Source: Oikopleura dioica (Eukaryota > Animalia > Chordata). Taken from it: a DNA stretch of 64,000 nt. A program made the position numbers and the translations under genes. The stretch covers positions 12,276,001 to 12,340,000 of the forward strand of contig OU015566.1 of assembly GCA_907165135.1 (NCBI GenBank). Reading direction: 5' to 3'. The notes under the pieces are model-generated. The model was not told the DNA's origin, made no database searches, and saw nothing but the letters and a program-made list of their open reading frames with translations. This document shows, piece after piece, positions 43,687-57,120 of the stretch (the stretch's first letter is position 1; each line of letters starts with the position of its first letter).

Positions 43687-45151
43687 TTAGTTTTGTCTGC
43701 TAGAAGTGCCCTTCTCACCACTCATGTTCGTTTGTTGAGTCCTTATTGATGAGCGCGAGGAGAAAAACTCCAGGTCATTTTCTAAAGAAGCAACTTTTAC
43801 AGTCAACAACGGAATAAGAACTTACGCAAATCGTTGTTATGCACTCTTATGTCGGAAAAACCTGACTCTTCTTCGACGCAGCAGAATAGTAGACAGGGCG
43901 ATATGTACTTGTATCTAACGCGGTAAATAAGTCGATAGAACAGTTTTCTGCATTCAACTCGGTATTCGCTGCTGTGAATTATCTTTTCGTTGTTGAAAAT
44001 TGTTTTGCTTTTTCTTGGAAATTTTAATTTTTAACATTCATAAAATATTGGATCAGCGCAGTTTCCAATCTGCGGCATAATCTGAAAGAAAGCGGAGACC
44101 ATGATGATCCAGTGGCTTGGCTTGGCGACTTGACTTTTCAAGTCAAAAAACTTTGACCAATTTAAATACAATTTACTGGCGTGATAAGGCCCCCAGCTCA
44201 ATGCATATAATATTCCCAAAGCTGTAATCAAGTGTTGGGCTTTTTGTTCCCTCTCGATTACTGGATTGATGGAATTTCTGTTCTTGCGCTTGATGTGCTG
44301 TCTCAGTCTTTTGTAGACGTAGAAGTATGAGTGGCAGATGATCAATAAGGGAAGCATGTAGAAGAGTGCGAATCTGATCGTTCTGAAGATGGGGAAACTT
44401 GATGAGCTTTCGTGGTAGCTGAATTTGGTTGAATATTTGTTACAAATTGAAAATAAGAAGCAATATTTATCAACCAAATGTCCCACAGCTCTTGACCGTT
44501 GAAATATTCGAATAAACTGGGTTCAAACCATCAACTGGCCTCGAAACGGCCTGCGAAGAAATAAAGGACAATGTTGGAACTGATGAAATAATCGCTGATA
44601 GAAGAACGGCGTAAAGTTTGATTGACGACTCTTCAGCTCGGTACACTGAGCCCAATCGCTTGTCAAGCCCGCTGACGGTATTGTATCGCTCGTTAGCAAT
44701 AATCGCGAGTGAGGTGGATATTAAAGAAGATGCAAGGTCTTCTCCGAAAAATGAAAGTTTGCAAAAAGCGTTATTCTCCGTCAGAAGGTCGTGAGTCTGG
44801 CTCGGTTTGTAAAAATCCTCGTTTGCTGATGTTTGCAAATAGTTGATGTTCATAAGAAACTTGTGGGGCAGAACGCTAACTATGTATCTCAAATGATATT
44901 AAATTTTCTCTCCTCTTGAGTATTGCTTACATAATACTTCCGATAGCATTAAGCTGAAGAAAACGTCGAGTTCCAGTCTTTCTCTTGCTTATTTGCTGGA
45001 CATAAATGACCAGTAAATTTCCAAAAATACCGATAAGAAAGCTCGGTATCTCTATAGCAAGTTCTGCAAGAGCATATGCATTCGTTGTTGTAAAAAACTC
45101 TTCAGTTTTATCGCCAAAACGAAAATCGAACTCATGAGTTGATTCCAACAT
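43687..45151 (-). CDS. Class A (rhodopsin-like) GPCR, probable peptide receptor
   Basis: TM1 IGIFGNLLVI; C in FCKL; ANERY; TM5 FYMLPLLIICHSY; TM6 SWGPYH; TM7 GNCADPIFY; helix 8 SSEYRVECRKLF. Confidence 0.88.
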
Positions 45152-45316
45152 GTTTTGGGTTTTAGTCGGCAGTTGATATTTTGCGAGATTTTATAATCTT
45201 TCCTTTTGACTAGGTTTTTGTTCTGCTTTCAAAGTTGACGCTCTGTAACAAAGATAATTGAGTTTTGTTTATATCAGGAATACGTTTTAAGGTTCAATAA
45301 CAGACAGATTTGTAGG

Positions 45317-47259
45317 TCAAAGGCTTGAGGAACAACTTTCAATCGGCTTGAAAGGCTTTGACTCTTCGGAAGATAGGCGTTCATGCGTTTTTTTTGTAAG
45401 GAATTTTGTCTTTATTTTTGAAGCGAGAAGGAGAATCGCAAAAACCATGAGCATGATTGTTGTTTTGAAGGGGAAGAGTTGAGGATGTTTGTAGTCAACA
45501 GATTCGTCATAGCCGGGCCATTTGATGAAAGCTGGAATTCCAAGAAAATGCTCACCGGAGAGCAGCCTTATCAAGGTTCCGAAGATGAATGCAATGACGG
45601 AGCCGAATCCATTCACGCGATCCTTGAGATAGAGAGATGCAGTCAGCTGCGGAAAGAGAAGAACGTAGACCAAATCACCGGCAAAGTGGAAGAGCTCGTA
45701 GATTGATTCGAACGTCAGGGATAGGTAAGTGGCGATGGCGGAAAGGAGAATGATGTTGACTTTGAGAAGGTATCCTCCTGTTTTATTCGTGATTTCGAAA
45801 CCCTAAAAGAATGTTGATTGAGCACTTTGATAACAAAAACTACCTTTGCGTCAGCAATTTCTTGAATAACATTCGCTGTAAGCATCGAGGCGCCGGAAAG
45901 CATAGAAGAGTCAATTGAGCTCATCACAGCAGCTGCAACTGCTCCAAGTCCGAAATACCCAACAATTGTCGGAGTGAACTCTTCAAGAGAAAGCGGGAGA
46001 ATTGATTTCTTATTCTTTAGAAGCCACTCTTGAAGCTCTGAATCATTCATATCCATATTGGCCAAGCTTGTAAGAGACCAGTCCGCAACTTTTGCCGAAG
46101 CTCCGATAACGACGGGAGGGATAACCAAAATTGTGGTCCCAATAGCGCCACAAAATGAAAGAATCTTAGCGGATTTGTCGCTCGATGCCGAGAGAACTCG
46201 CTGGAAATATCCTTGCCAAGGAATTCCTCCAAGCATAAGCATGATAATTGCATCAATCCAGCTGGCGATTTTCGGTTCTGGGATTGTTCCGATCCAGTCA
46301 GAAGTTCGATTTTCCCAGTGGCCAGCTACAGGCTCAGAGGTTAGAACAAAAGGCATCGCAGTGAAGAGTCCGATGGCAATGAAGATTAATTGGACAATAT
46401 CTGTGTATGCTACCGCGTAGATGCCACCAGAGACAGTCTAACGGAATTATTACCAGTATGGATAAGCATGAACTTACATAGAGTGTCCCCACAGCAGCGG
46501 AGATGATGATAGTAGGCGTTTCTGGAGTGTTCAAGATGACCGACAAAGTTGTTCCCAGAGCGGCGAGAACAGCAGTACTCCAAAATAGATCTCCAAGTAC
46601 TGCAGGGATAACTAGCAGGGCAGCAGGCAATCTTCCGTAAGCTTTCTTTCGTAAGATTTTTAGACAGAGGTTCTTTACGCGAATTATGTCACAAGAGTTC
46701 ACACTTCCTCAAGACTCGAGAATTTCAACTTGAAACCAATTAGCGAGCACTTATCGCTATTAAACCTTTCCTTCAAAGGATCAATCATCGTTGTAGCACC
46801 AGTCGCTCGTATCTGTTTCGCAAAAAACATGCCACCGATGGCCATGGAGAGTGTGTATCCAACTGCACTAGAAATCGCCTCAACTAAGATGATGCTATAC
46901 GAAACTTACGCTTGGCACCACAGAAGGCCTTTTTGAAACACAACTTCGGCAGAACCGTTTATGTAACCGCCGCAGACCCATGTAGCTGTCATTGTGAATA
47001 CTCCAACAACCGTTGAAATATCCCTGAATATAATTAAACCTTTTCAAACGCTTGGCTACGTTACCTGTCACCAACAATGTATCCATTGTCGCCTTTTCCT
47101 TTGTGACGATTCTTCCAGCCAGCCCAGACACCAACACCAGCAACAGCCAAGTAGAAAACTATCATGCATTTCGCCATTATTACGATAACAAAAATGAGAT
47201 GACTTACTCAAAATGATTATAAGTCCAACAACATCTAAAGATCCGCCTTCACTCGTCAT
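45317..47259 (-). CDS. SLC5A7: High-affinity choline transporter CHT1
   Basis: [20 protein letters not shown]; [16 protein letters not shown]; [14 protein letters not shown]; [16 protein letters not shown]; [13 protein letters not shown]; VYVLLFPQL. Confidence 0.95.
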
Positions 47260-48688
47260 AAGTAACTGTTGAAATGACTTCGAATGTTCAGTCTCTTAAA
47301 TTTTTGTCTCTTTGATGTGGATTAAAAAAATAACTGCTATCAATTTTTATCAAAATATGAGGTTCTGGAAGGAGAAGTTCACTCCCGCCTTGAGTAACTT
47401 GTAGCAATGTAGATGGGAGCAATAGCGTAGTGCCCTCTATACTCTGTTACGCATAAGGCTTGTTCCATAAGCGATGCTGCAAATCAGATACAAATTTTCC
47501 TCGCTAGAAGCGCTAATCCGTCCCAATGTCAATTACATGAAAAAGCAAATTATTTTATGAGCGAGAATCTCTGATATTTCGGAAGTATTTTCTCAAAATC
47601 AAAAAATAATATTTGATTCGATCACGAATGATGTTATCCATCATTTTTTTATTTCAAAAATATGGAAACTTTACCGTCCGAGTGTAAAGCAGTCTCTTAC
47701 TCATAAATAAGAGACATGTATAAACGTAAAAGAAATTTTTTACCGTAGATAAAGTATATTTTAGTTTGACAGGAAGAGGAAATTTTTTCTCCATTAGCCA
47801 AAACTGACCCTTATACCACATTGAAAAAATGTATTTGGGCCAAAATAACTGTTCACAGGAAGGAATATATTTGTTGGTATATTATTTGCAAATATTAAAA
47901 AAATCGAACAATTCGATAGGATATTCCAAAATCATGTACCTCCTCCCTTATTTTAGTCATAACGTTGAAAACGATTCTATTTGAGCAAATTTATTCATCA
48001 AATTTCGAATTTATAAAAGTTTGGTGGTTTTCTTCGTCGGCCAAATCACTCCAACTCCAACTGGGCCTCCAACAAGGCCTCCAACGACAGAAGGGCGCTT
48101 GTTGTTCACTGTTCTGCTTTGATGATCCTGATCATCGTCTTCAAGACTTTCGTATCGCTTCTGTTTAAAAGTTTTTACAAAATCAAAAAATGTCATCTCT
48201 GAATTAAAAAAACGTGTCTACTGGTTGTTGCTGCAACGTGAAAGGTACCAGAAAGAGGAGGGGCCTGAAGAAGCACGAGTGTTCTATCCCCTCGGGCGGC
48301 AGTTGATGAAAGTATTTCGGAAGAATTGAGAGTCTCGTGTGTCTCAAAAATGTTGATCAGCATTTCAGGCAACGCTGAAAGTTTCAGCATGAAATACAAT
48401 TTGAAATTTCTTATCATAATTTTATTTATGATCTCGGCATTTTCTAATTCATTTGTCAGCTAAATTTTTCGTCATTTTCACCACAATTTATGCGGAAAAA
48501 AACATATGCGCTGACTTTTCAAATGCATTATGCTTTTGTTGAAAGGTCACGCCGCAAACGATGCTATAAAATGAAATCTTATCATTTTGGAAGGTGACTC
48601 TGAGATACTCAACCGCCAACCGTCCACGAAAGGTTTGAAAGCTTTGCGAGATAATTATTTGAGAAATTGTGAATGTAGGAGTCGGGGA

Positions 48689-51143
48689 ATGAAATTGTTC
48701 CCGTCCCTTTCAATCCTGCACCTAGCAGCGGCGGGGTCAGACTTCCACGTCGAGGGTTGTCTCTCCGTTGCCGTGCCATGGGGCGGGCTCCTTGCTGATT
48801 TGGACAACCAATGTACTGCGCTCGGTGACGCCATTTCGGCCCAGTATCCGGACATGGAGTTTCGAGCGAACACGTGCTTCTCGACTTGCTCAGCCCAAAA
48901 CGAAATCGGAGGGTCGCCGGAAATTGCTTATTCTGCTGGCCAGTTGAACCCAACAACTGCGGCCTTTGGTTGCTACGATGTTTGCGTAGAGGCTTGGAAC
49001 ATCAACGAAGACGCTGTTGGTAGCGATGATGAGGCTGATGTCCTTGAGTATATCGAGGTGAGAAATACTCATGTTCAAAATTCGCATCAAACTCTAGAAC
49101 GGAATCGGCCTTCCATACGGTGGCTTTGCCAAATTCATAAACGTCATCAACTTCAACGAATTTGAAGGCTCTGGATCTGGTGACGAGGTCAGCACAACAA
49201 CTGGTCCAACAACAACCACGACGTCTGGAACCGGTACGACCACAACTGACTTCACCACCACCACGACAGTCAACCCCTTCGAGGGCTACAGCGAGTACAG
49301 AACATGTGTCACCATGTATTTGCCCATTCTCTGGCTCTTCGGGTCGATTTTCGGAAATGTGAATGAGCTCTGCTTCAGTTTTACTGGACAGATCTGTCAG
49401 TCGTTCCATGCTGTCGGAGCTAAATGCTGGGAGACTGCATGCGCTGGAACCTGCAGTGGTAATGGTGTCCAAGACGGTGTCAACGACTTCCTCGATAACG
49501 ATGCTGCCGCTCAGGAGGACAGCCAACAAAGTAGCCAGGCTTTCGACAGCAATGGCCGCCTGAAGCCAGATGCACCCCCAAACAAACCAGGTTGTTTTGA
49601 TTACTGCTGGACTGTTCATGCTACAGATGACCAGATTGCAACAGTTATCAACCAATGGTCCTCCAGCAGTCGCGGCTTTGCTGAGAAAGTCAGTCAGCAG
49701 CGATTCATCGTCGATCGACAGAAAACCTTCGAGGTCATCGCTGACTTCGCCCTTCTTGATGCTATCGTTGAAGAGGGTGAATACACTGGTGGTATGCAAC
49801 AGCTTGTTGATGACACTGTTGATGCTGGTTTCGTCTGTGATGCTGATTGCGACGAGAACAACATTGTGGATACCGCTTCTTCAACCATGTGGGGCAAAGC
49901 TGACAACAGTGCCCTTTCAGGTATCGACTGTCAGGACGGCAACAACGGCGGCTGTTCCCATCTTTGCACCGGTGAAGGTGTTGACGGAGTCTGCAGTTGC
50001 CCTAATGCTTGTTGGGATCTTGTCGGAAAAGAGTGCCAGATTCCCTCTGACAAAGTACTCCTTAAGTGTGAGCCCGATCGTATGGTCGCTTACATCGCCA
50101 AGTGCATTGTTGAAGACCTTGATGAGGGAGTCACAACTGGCGATTATCATCTCAGCGATAGCCAATGCAACCCTGTTACTGGCTACGTCAACGCTACTGA
50201 GCCTTGCCCAGCAGAGATCGACTCTATGACTACTGGATGCATGTCTTTCAACACCCGTCTTGATGAGTGCTCAACCGGTGTCACTGCTGATTACACAGCC
50301 AACATCATGACCTTTTCTCAGACCCTCCAGTCTGCAACAACCGGAAACGCAGTCACTGCTTCAAGCGGAGCTCTTTTCTTCATGAGCATTGCTCCAAAAA
50401 TCACTGTTGACTTCACCTGTGAGTACAACACTGACTACGAGACTCATGTTGGATCTGCTCTCGTAAATCCAGATTCTGTTGATAACTCACTCACCAGCAC
50501 CGGTAACTTCGTCTTCCAGTTGAACACTCTCGATCCCGTGTACACACGAAGCGGAGCCATCACTAGCTGGGCCATGCATGATGCTGTCGCCGATCCTTAC
50601 AATGTCGGTTCTACTCTTTACTACAAGGTCTGCCAAGCCATGCCTCTCGACAACATTTACTTCTCTGTTCCCGACTGCACAGTCACCAACGCCAACAAGA
50701 CTGAGTCCTACGGCATCATGGTGAACCATCAGACCGACGAATTCGTCAAGTTCCAACGAGTTGGACGGGATTTCAATGGTACTTTTGCCGAGTGGGGCAA
50801 TGCTGCGGATCTTGTACCTATGCCAGCTGGTTCGTGGTACAGCCCATCAAACGAGCTCTCGAACGACTGTCTCTACTTCAGGTTAGAATTTGTTATATTC
50901 TGTATAGTTATCATCTCTATCTCTAGTTACACCGTTTTCGAGTTCGTTGGTGACGATAACGACGGAGACCTCCGACTCACCTGCGACGTCCACGCTTGCA
51001 ACTACGATGAAGATCAGCCCAACGACATCTCATCTTGCGTGAGCGAGGATCTTCTCGCCCGACGAAAGCGATCTACCGACGATCAAATTCAGCAATACTG
51101 GCGAGTGGCGGTTGATATCCCCCTTCGTCATCTTGACGTTTAA
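48689..51143 (+). CDS. Secreted Cys-rich/Thr-rich EGF-ZP-domain protein (oikosin-like candidate)
   Basis: Signal peptide MKLFPSLSILHLAAAG; Thr-rich linker; EGF CQDGNNGGCSHLC...CSCP; ZP cysteine pattern (LKCEPDRM...VDFTCEY...VPDCTVT...LTCDVHAC); furin site RRKR; no TM segment. Confidence 0.85.
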
Positions 51144-51572
51144 ACAAAAACAAATACTGTTTGTTTGAGTTTCCTCAGACATTCGAATTCGACAATTCTG
51201 CTTTGACAATTGACCATGCTCCTGCTGAACTGGGCCAAAGTACCGCCGTGGGACAACGCGCAAAAGGCCGACCGATACTTTGACCCAGTCAGCTATTTCT
51301 TCACCAAAAACGCTCTCATTTTCATATTTTTTACCTCAGCTGTGGTATAAATTGATAATATAGTATCAGAGTCATTATCAATTTATGCCGCGCGAGGGCG
51401 CTGCTTATTTCCCTACCTTTTCACTTTTATTCGTTTTTACCATCTGAATCTGTTTTTGCTTTCCATTTTCTCAGTTAACGAAAAAGAGAAGAAACTGTTG
51501 CGGTTTAGTTTCTTCTGTTTACAACAAATGCGAAAATAAATCAAAAACTTTTCAAACACCATGTAATCGTTG

Positions 51573-52509
51573 TTAATCATTCTTTGTAGCAGCTGTGTAG
51601 TAAGGCTCAAATACTGAATTACGAGGCATCTGACCGGTTTGACCCATTGTTTCCAGCATGTTTCGATACTTGTCTTCCTCATCTTGCTCGATTTTCTCCC
51701 GATGGTACCTTAGATCTTCAAAACCTCTTCTTTTGTACACTGCATATGCAAGACACATGTCTAGAAGTCATTAAGATGTTTTTATAGGAGTTATTCTTTA
51801 CCAACGAAAGCGATGCAAAAAGCCGCATAAGTGCATCCTCCAAGCTCAAATCGAATTTGGTCAAGATCAATTTTGAGCTGATTTCCAGGCATGAAATCGC
51901 TACTCCAGAGCTCTTCTGACTTGAACTTCTTTACGATCATGCTTGTGTATAAACTTGCAGTTGTTAGCTCAAGAACGCCAGCGGAAAAGGTCAGCAAGGC
52001 GGCGAGTTTCATGAGCCGAGTTTTTGTCTCCGGTGTCTTCAAAGAGTATGAAGCAAACTTTTTTCTACTTGGTAGAACTTACCCTAAAAAAGCACTTTGT
52101 ACATTCCATTCCGAAGAGCAGAATGATCAGCGCAGCTCCCAGGAAAATCTGGCTTATTATAGCAAAAGCTTGCATCACAATTGTGACTGGAGTTTTTAAG
52201 AAGAGAGGTCTGAGGCCATTATCACATTGGAATTGACCAGGCATATATTGAGCACACTGCGCAAAAAGTCCCTTGAAGAAGAAAATGGCTCCAAGAGCAG
52301 GGGATGAAACAGCTGAGTTCATAAGCGCCCAGAGTGGCCATACAAGAAGAATGACTTTTTTAAAGTTAGCCTTGGAAGAATGAAAGATGCAACTTACATT
52401 GAGTTGTGAAGGCAAAAAGGACGCAACAAAATAAAACAATCTGCAATTGATCAAAAGGTGGTAATTGGTAAACTGTGGAAGCTGAATTAAATGTTCTTCT
52501 CTCCATCAT
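51573..52509 (-). CDS. Claudin-like tetraspan protein
   Basis: TM1 LQIVLFCCVLFAF...PLW; ECL1 KGLFAQCAQYMPGQFQC (W-GLW-C-C-like); GMECTKCF; RFELGGCTYAAF. Confidence 0.75.
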
Positions 52510-52659
52510 TTTGTTATTTGAAATATTGAAAATTCTCACTCCTGCTAGTCTTTTATTGCTTTGCGCCATTATAAAAAGCCAAAAGTACACATTCGATATT
52601 TTTATTGGAATGAGAATTTCCGTCGAAAATTTTCGATTATTTATGAAAACAAATATATT

Positions 52660-54646
52660 ATCAGAAAAAAAATTTGAATATGGCAGTTATGAATACATGA
52701 AATATAAGTTGAAAGTTATAAAAAGAAATTAACGCGGTGGTGTTTGTCCATGTTTCCATATCGAAAGCTTTCAGTAAGGAAATCTAGGTCCATTGTTCCC
52801 TCATCGTAAAGACGCCCTTATAAAAATATGTTCATAAGAAGTGAGGAAAGGCTTACTTAATTTGATAATCGGTGCAGTTTGCTCCGTTGTCATTCCATTA
52901 GCTGTGTGCGTCTCTGTTGTTCGCTCAACTTCCTTTTCAATATCAGCAATAGTAAGGAGTCTGCCACAATTTGGCCCTGTATCCCACTTGTAGCAAAGCT
53001 GAACATAGCCATCGTGCCAGAATTCTATGTGAAGTCCTTCTAAACTTGAGTCTTAGATAGAGGAATAAAGGGTACTCAACCATCAGGATGATCACTGGTA
53101 TCTTTGCAGTTGTCCACCCAGCAGAGCATTTCTGGTTCTCCGTCTTTTATTCTGGCAAGGAAGCTGTGTCTTTCAGCGTGCGGCAAATCGTCGGCATCAT
53201 CTTTTCCAATGTAGCAATACATCGTATCTTTATAGTAACCAAAGGCTTGAATGTCGGTCCAACCATGGCCGAATCTGTAACTTTCAACCTTTCTTTCATC
53301 GAGGCGAATGTGATAGATAAGAGTCCGAAAAAGGTCCGGATTGCAATCTATCCCTGCCCAGTTGTAGCTATCAAGAAAGGCCATTCGCGAGAAGATTTCA
53401 AATTTCGTTCCTTCATCCTCTACCTCGTCCAAGATGACTATTTGGCTCCACTGCTCTTTGATGCCTTCGGGAGAAATATGCCAGACTTCGATTTTGACTT
53501 TGTCGGCACGGTCTGTTGGGAAAACGACCGGCAGAAAATGATTCTTGGAAAAGAAACGATCTTGGATTAGCTTGGGTCTGTAACGCTTGTCGTACTCGTG
53601 GCATCCGTAGCAGAGTCCACCAACGATTTCTGCTGTCCGTGGATCAACGATGTCTTCTCTGATATTTTCCATGTTGTAGATTTGCACTTGTTTCAACTGA
53701 TGCATCCGCGACCGTATGGTTACCACATATGGCTCGTAAAGATAGAATTCTGGATGATAGACTTGGTAGTCGTACTCGGCGGTGAAGACTTGGTTCAACA
53801 TGACAGTCACTTTTGAAAAGCTTTCGATTCGAAATCCGAGTGTATGATTTATATTCAGAGTAAAAGCGTTCCTGCGTTTGGCCGAATGATTTTGTAAACA
53901 TAGAAGGTGATAGTAGTTTGTGCTAAAGGCCCTCTTGATGCTTTCGTTCTGTCTTTCTTTGGGAGGCTTCGATCGTGTGAGCCAAGAATTCGAGCATCTG
54001 ACACAATCTAAAGACAATTAGAGGAAGAAGAAACTGGAGAAACTTACATAATCATTCCCAAGAAATATCTCAGGGAAGGAAATACTCGCGCAAGTTCGGA
54101 AAGAAGCTTTTGGTTGAATGTATCCTTCGCAAAGAGCCTTGTGGGTTTTGATGATGCTGACTATCCCGGAAACATTTGGTTTCTTTGATAAAATAACGCT
54201 AACAGAGAATAAGAAGATGAAAACTTTACCTTTTTGTACTTAATTTCAAAGTCTCGTCTCACAAAGGCGATGTTTCTATCAACAGTTCGCTCCATCTTGT
54301 TCAGAAGTTCAGCACATCTTGTATCTGAGATAATGCCGTCGTATGGCCCCGCTCCTGGTGGGCAAAGGATGTATTCAAGGTTCAAAAAATCGTTGTATTC
54401 AAGCTGTGCTAGGATCTTCGCACCGATAAGATGACCCATCGGGTGATTCTTTATGCCTTCTAAAGTGGATATTTGCTTGTCTCTTGCTGATGACGACTGC
54501 ATTTTTGCAGCTTTTCTGCTGCCAAGACTTTCAGATTCGCTGAAAACATCATCCCTTGCGACAGTTCTAGAGAAATCATGTTCTATTTTGAAAACATTCT
54601 TTACGATTGATGCTCGACTCCGACCATTATCTATCATTGATTTCAT
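52660..54646 (-). CDS. Hypothetical multi-exon protein with a possible N-terminal F-box-like motif; 3' end approximate
   Basis: ORFs 54161-54646 and 53076-54017 plus downstream exons; HPMGHLIGAKILAQLEYNDFLNLEYIL resembles the F-box pattern (weak). Confidence 0.5.
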
Positions 54647-54900
54647 GCAATAAAAAATGAGTCATAAATTCTGCTGAAAGGCAGAGAACAGCTCCGTCGA
54701 TCCCCTGAGTCCACCAATCGGCTCCTTTTATCTCCGTGAAAATCAAGAAAGAGAACGCTTATTCAGCTTTCCCTCTCTCACTTTTCTATATTTACCGAGG
54801 CGGACGAGTGAGCACACTTTTGCGCTTCCCTCGCAGTTCAGCAAATCACTGATCACACTTGTTTAATTTTTCTTAATCGAGAGAAGCAAACTTCAAGAAA

Positions 54901-56087
54901 ATGGGACTTTATCCGACACTCGAAGATATGACTGTAGCAAATGCTATGAACGCTCAACAAGCACAACAACAACAACGTCAACAAAATATGATCCAAAGCC
55001 GTAAGCAACTTTGAATTCTAATCGATATAAAAAATAAGTGTCAAAATGAATTTTTTTTCCGAAATGTATTTTCAGACTCTAGTGCTCCTTATCCAACACT
55101 GACGCCAGGTTCACGCCCTGATGATCCTCCAAACTACTGGAACCAGCAATCGCAAACATCTCAAGCTCTTCAACCTGTTCAGCCATCTTCCATGGCCGTG
55201 GCAAACTACTCAAGCGCCCCTGTTTCAGGCGAGATGGTCGGAATTAAGAGAGCTGAGATCAAAGATGGCCTCCGAATGGTGCACATCTGTGTTGATCCTG
55301 ATTCTAACAAGTTTGGACTCAAGTTGAAATGCATCGACGCTGGAGTCTTTGTCAGGAAATGTTCCTAGAAGATCCCGTGAAATTTTCCCTTTTGAATTCA
55401 TTTTTGGAACACTAGATAGCTTGGTTGCAAAAGAATCACCGGCTGCACTCGTAGGAATTCGCTTTGGCGATCAAATCGTGCAAATCGATGGCGAAAACCT
55501 AGCTGGCAAGTCCTCAGACAAGGCGCTGAAGCTGCTCAAGAAGGCGAATCCCCAGAGATGTGAGGTAACAATAACTTTGAATGACACGCTCGTTAAATTG
55601 ATCTTGTGCGTCAATCATTCTGAGTGTACGAAATTGTTATGAAAGCCTCTCACAATCACTTAAAGCTTGTTCTTCGCGACAGGCCATTGTCCTCCACGAT
55701 TACGATGCAGAAGGATAGTCAAGGGCATGTTGGCTTCAAATTCAGTAATGGGCGTATTTCTCACCTCGTGCAAGGTAAATACGCGCTTACGCGTTTTCCC
55801 TTACAGTGTTTGTCTATAGACTCATCTGCTGCAAGAAATGGTTTGCTCATTGATCGTCAAATTTGTGAGGTTAACGGTCAAAATGTCGTTGGAATGAAGG
55901 TACCAGAAAGCCTCTTCTGAAATTCTTATGAAAAAACCTTTAGGACAAACTTATTTTGGAAATCCTTGCTGGCTGTGGACGAACCGTAACATTGACGACT
56001 ATGCCAAAAGACGAGTTCGAGCATTTGTCGAAGAATGTAAGCAGAAGCATGTTCAAATCTATGGATCATTCTATTCCTGATGTTTGA
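54901..56087 (+). CDS. SDCBP: Syntenin (two PDZ domains)
   Basis: MGLYPTLEDM; GIKRAEIKDGLR; SPAALVGIRFGDQIVQIDG; RDRPLSSTITMQKDSQGHVGF; DSSAARNGLL; MDHSIPDV*. Confidence 0.95.
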
Positions 56088-56304
56088 TAAAAGAGCTTCT
56101 GTCTTCTTCGCGCCTGTATAAAGTTCCTATGACCGTTAAATATCCCTTTGAGAAAAAAAGTCCAATAAAGCGTCTTCTATTGATTGTTTCTGTCATATTT
56201 GATTATCTGCTATTGATACTGGTAATAAATGCAGTGATATAATCATAAGAGCTGTCTTGCCAACATCATTTTGAACTTATTATTTATGAATTGCAATATC
56301 TATG

Positions 56305-57120
56305 GACCGCCAAGAGCGAAATAGAATGGTATTGATTGACCTGGCAAGGTAAACGCAGTGCATAGAATTCTTTCAAAAAGTCAAATTGTCAACAGAGGAA
56401 ATCTGATTTATTCAGACGTCTGACGCAATATTCCAGATTGACAGCACTATCTCCATGTTTAACCCATGGTCAGTCATTTCTTTTTCCTTAGTAATCAAGG
56501 GCAAAGAGGCTCTGACGGAGCCGCTCCGTTGACCAAGAGTGCCTTTGGAGAATATTCTAAATTATACTAGTATCTAATGCAAGGCCAAGCAAGTTAGCGT
56601 AAATTTCAGTCCAGTTATTACCGAGTTCAATGAACTAAAGAAAAGAAGAATCTGGAGGTAAGACAGTGCGCACCGTCACAGTCATGCCTGCATTAATTAT
56701 TATTACGAGATCCAACACTCAAAAGGCCAACAATATCGAAGTTGCTGGTCAGATCGTCGGTCATGAATTTAAGCTTTTTTCAACGGGTTATCATAGTTGT
56801 TGGTTTTGTTGGAGGAGTCAGAGGGATGAGTTACAATCAGGCTTGGAATGGGGCCTTTCAGGAAGGTTTAATGAACAATTTTTCTAGGGGAAAAAGTACT
56901 GTTTAGTAAGCCAGAAAAGTTGAAAAATGCGGGGCAACAGGTGAGCTTGGTTTAACTCATTAAAGGGAACAATATTTCAATTTAACTTTCTAATAGGAAA
57001 GTGAGGCGAATGCAAATCTAGTCTCTATCTTCGCATCCAAAGATGGGATGAAACGTTTAGCTGCGGACAAGAGGCGAAACAAATTCCTGCGAATGTACCA
57101 AAAACATGCTTTCGCCTGAA
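56305..57120 (+). CDS. Unresolved small multi-exon gene
   Basis: Regular series of GT...AG introns of about 35-55 nt separating short open exons; reading frame ambiguous. Confidence 0.35.

Noticed and set aside
47965-48417. Short ORFs on both strands between SLC5A7 and the ZP gene
   Set aside because: No consistent ATG-to-stop spliced model and no recognisable homology.
49002-49799. 265-aa minus-strand ORF
   Set aside because: Antisense shadow of the ZP gene's long exon.
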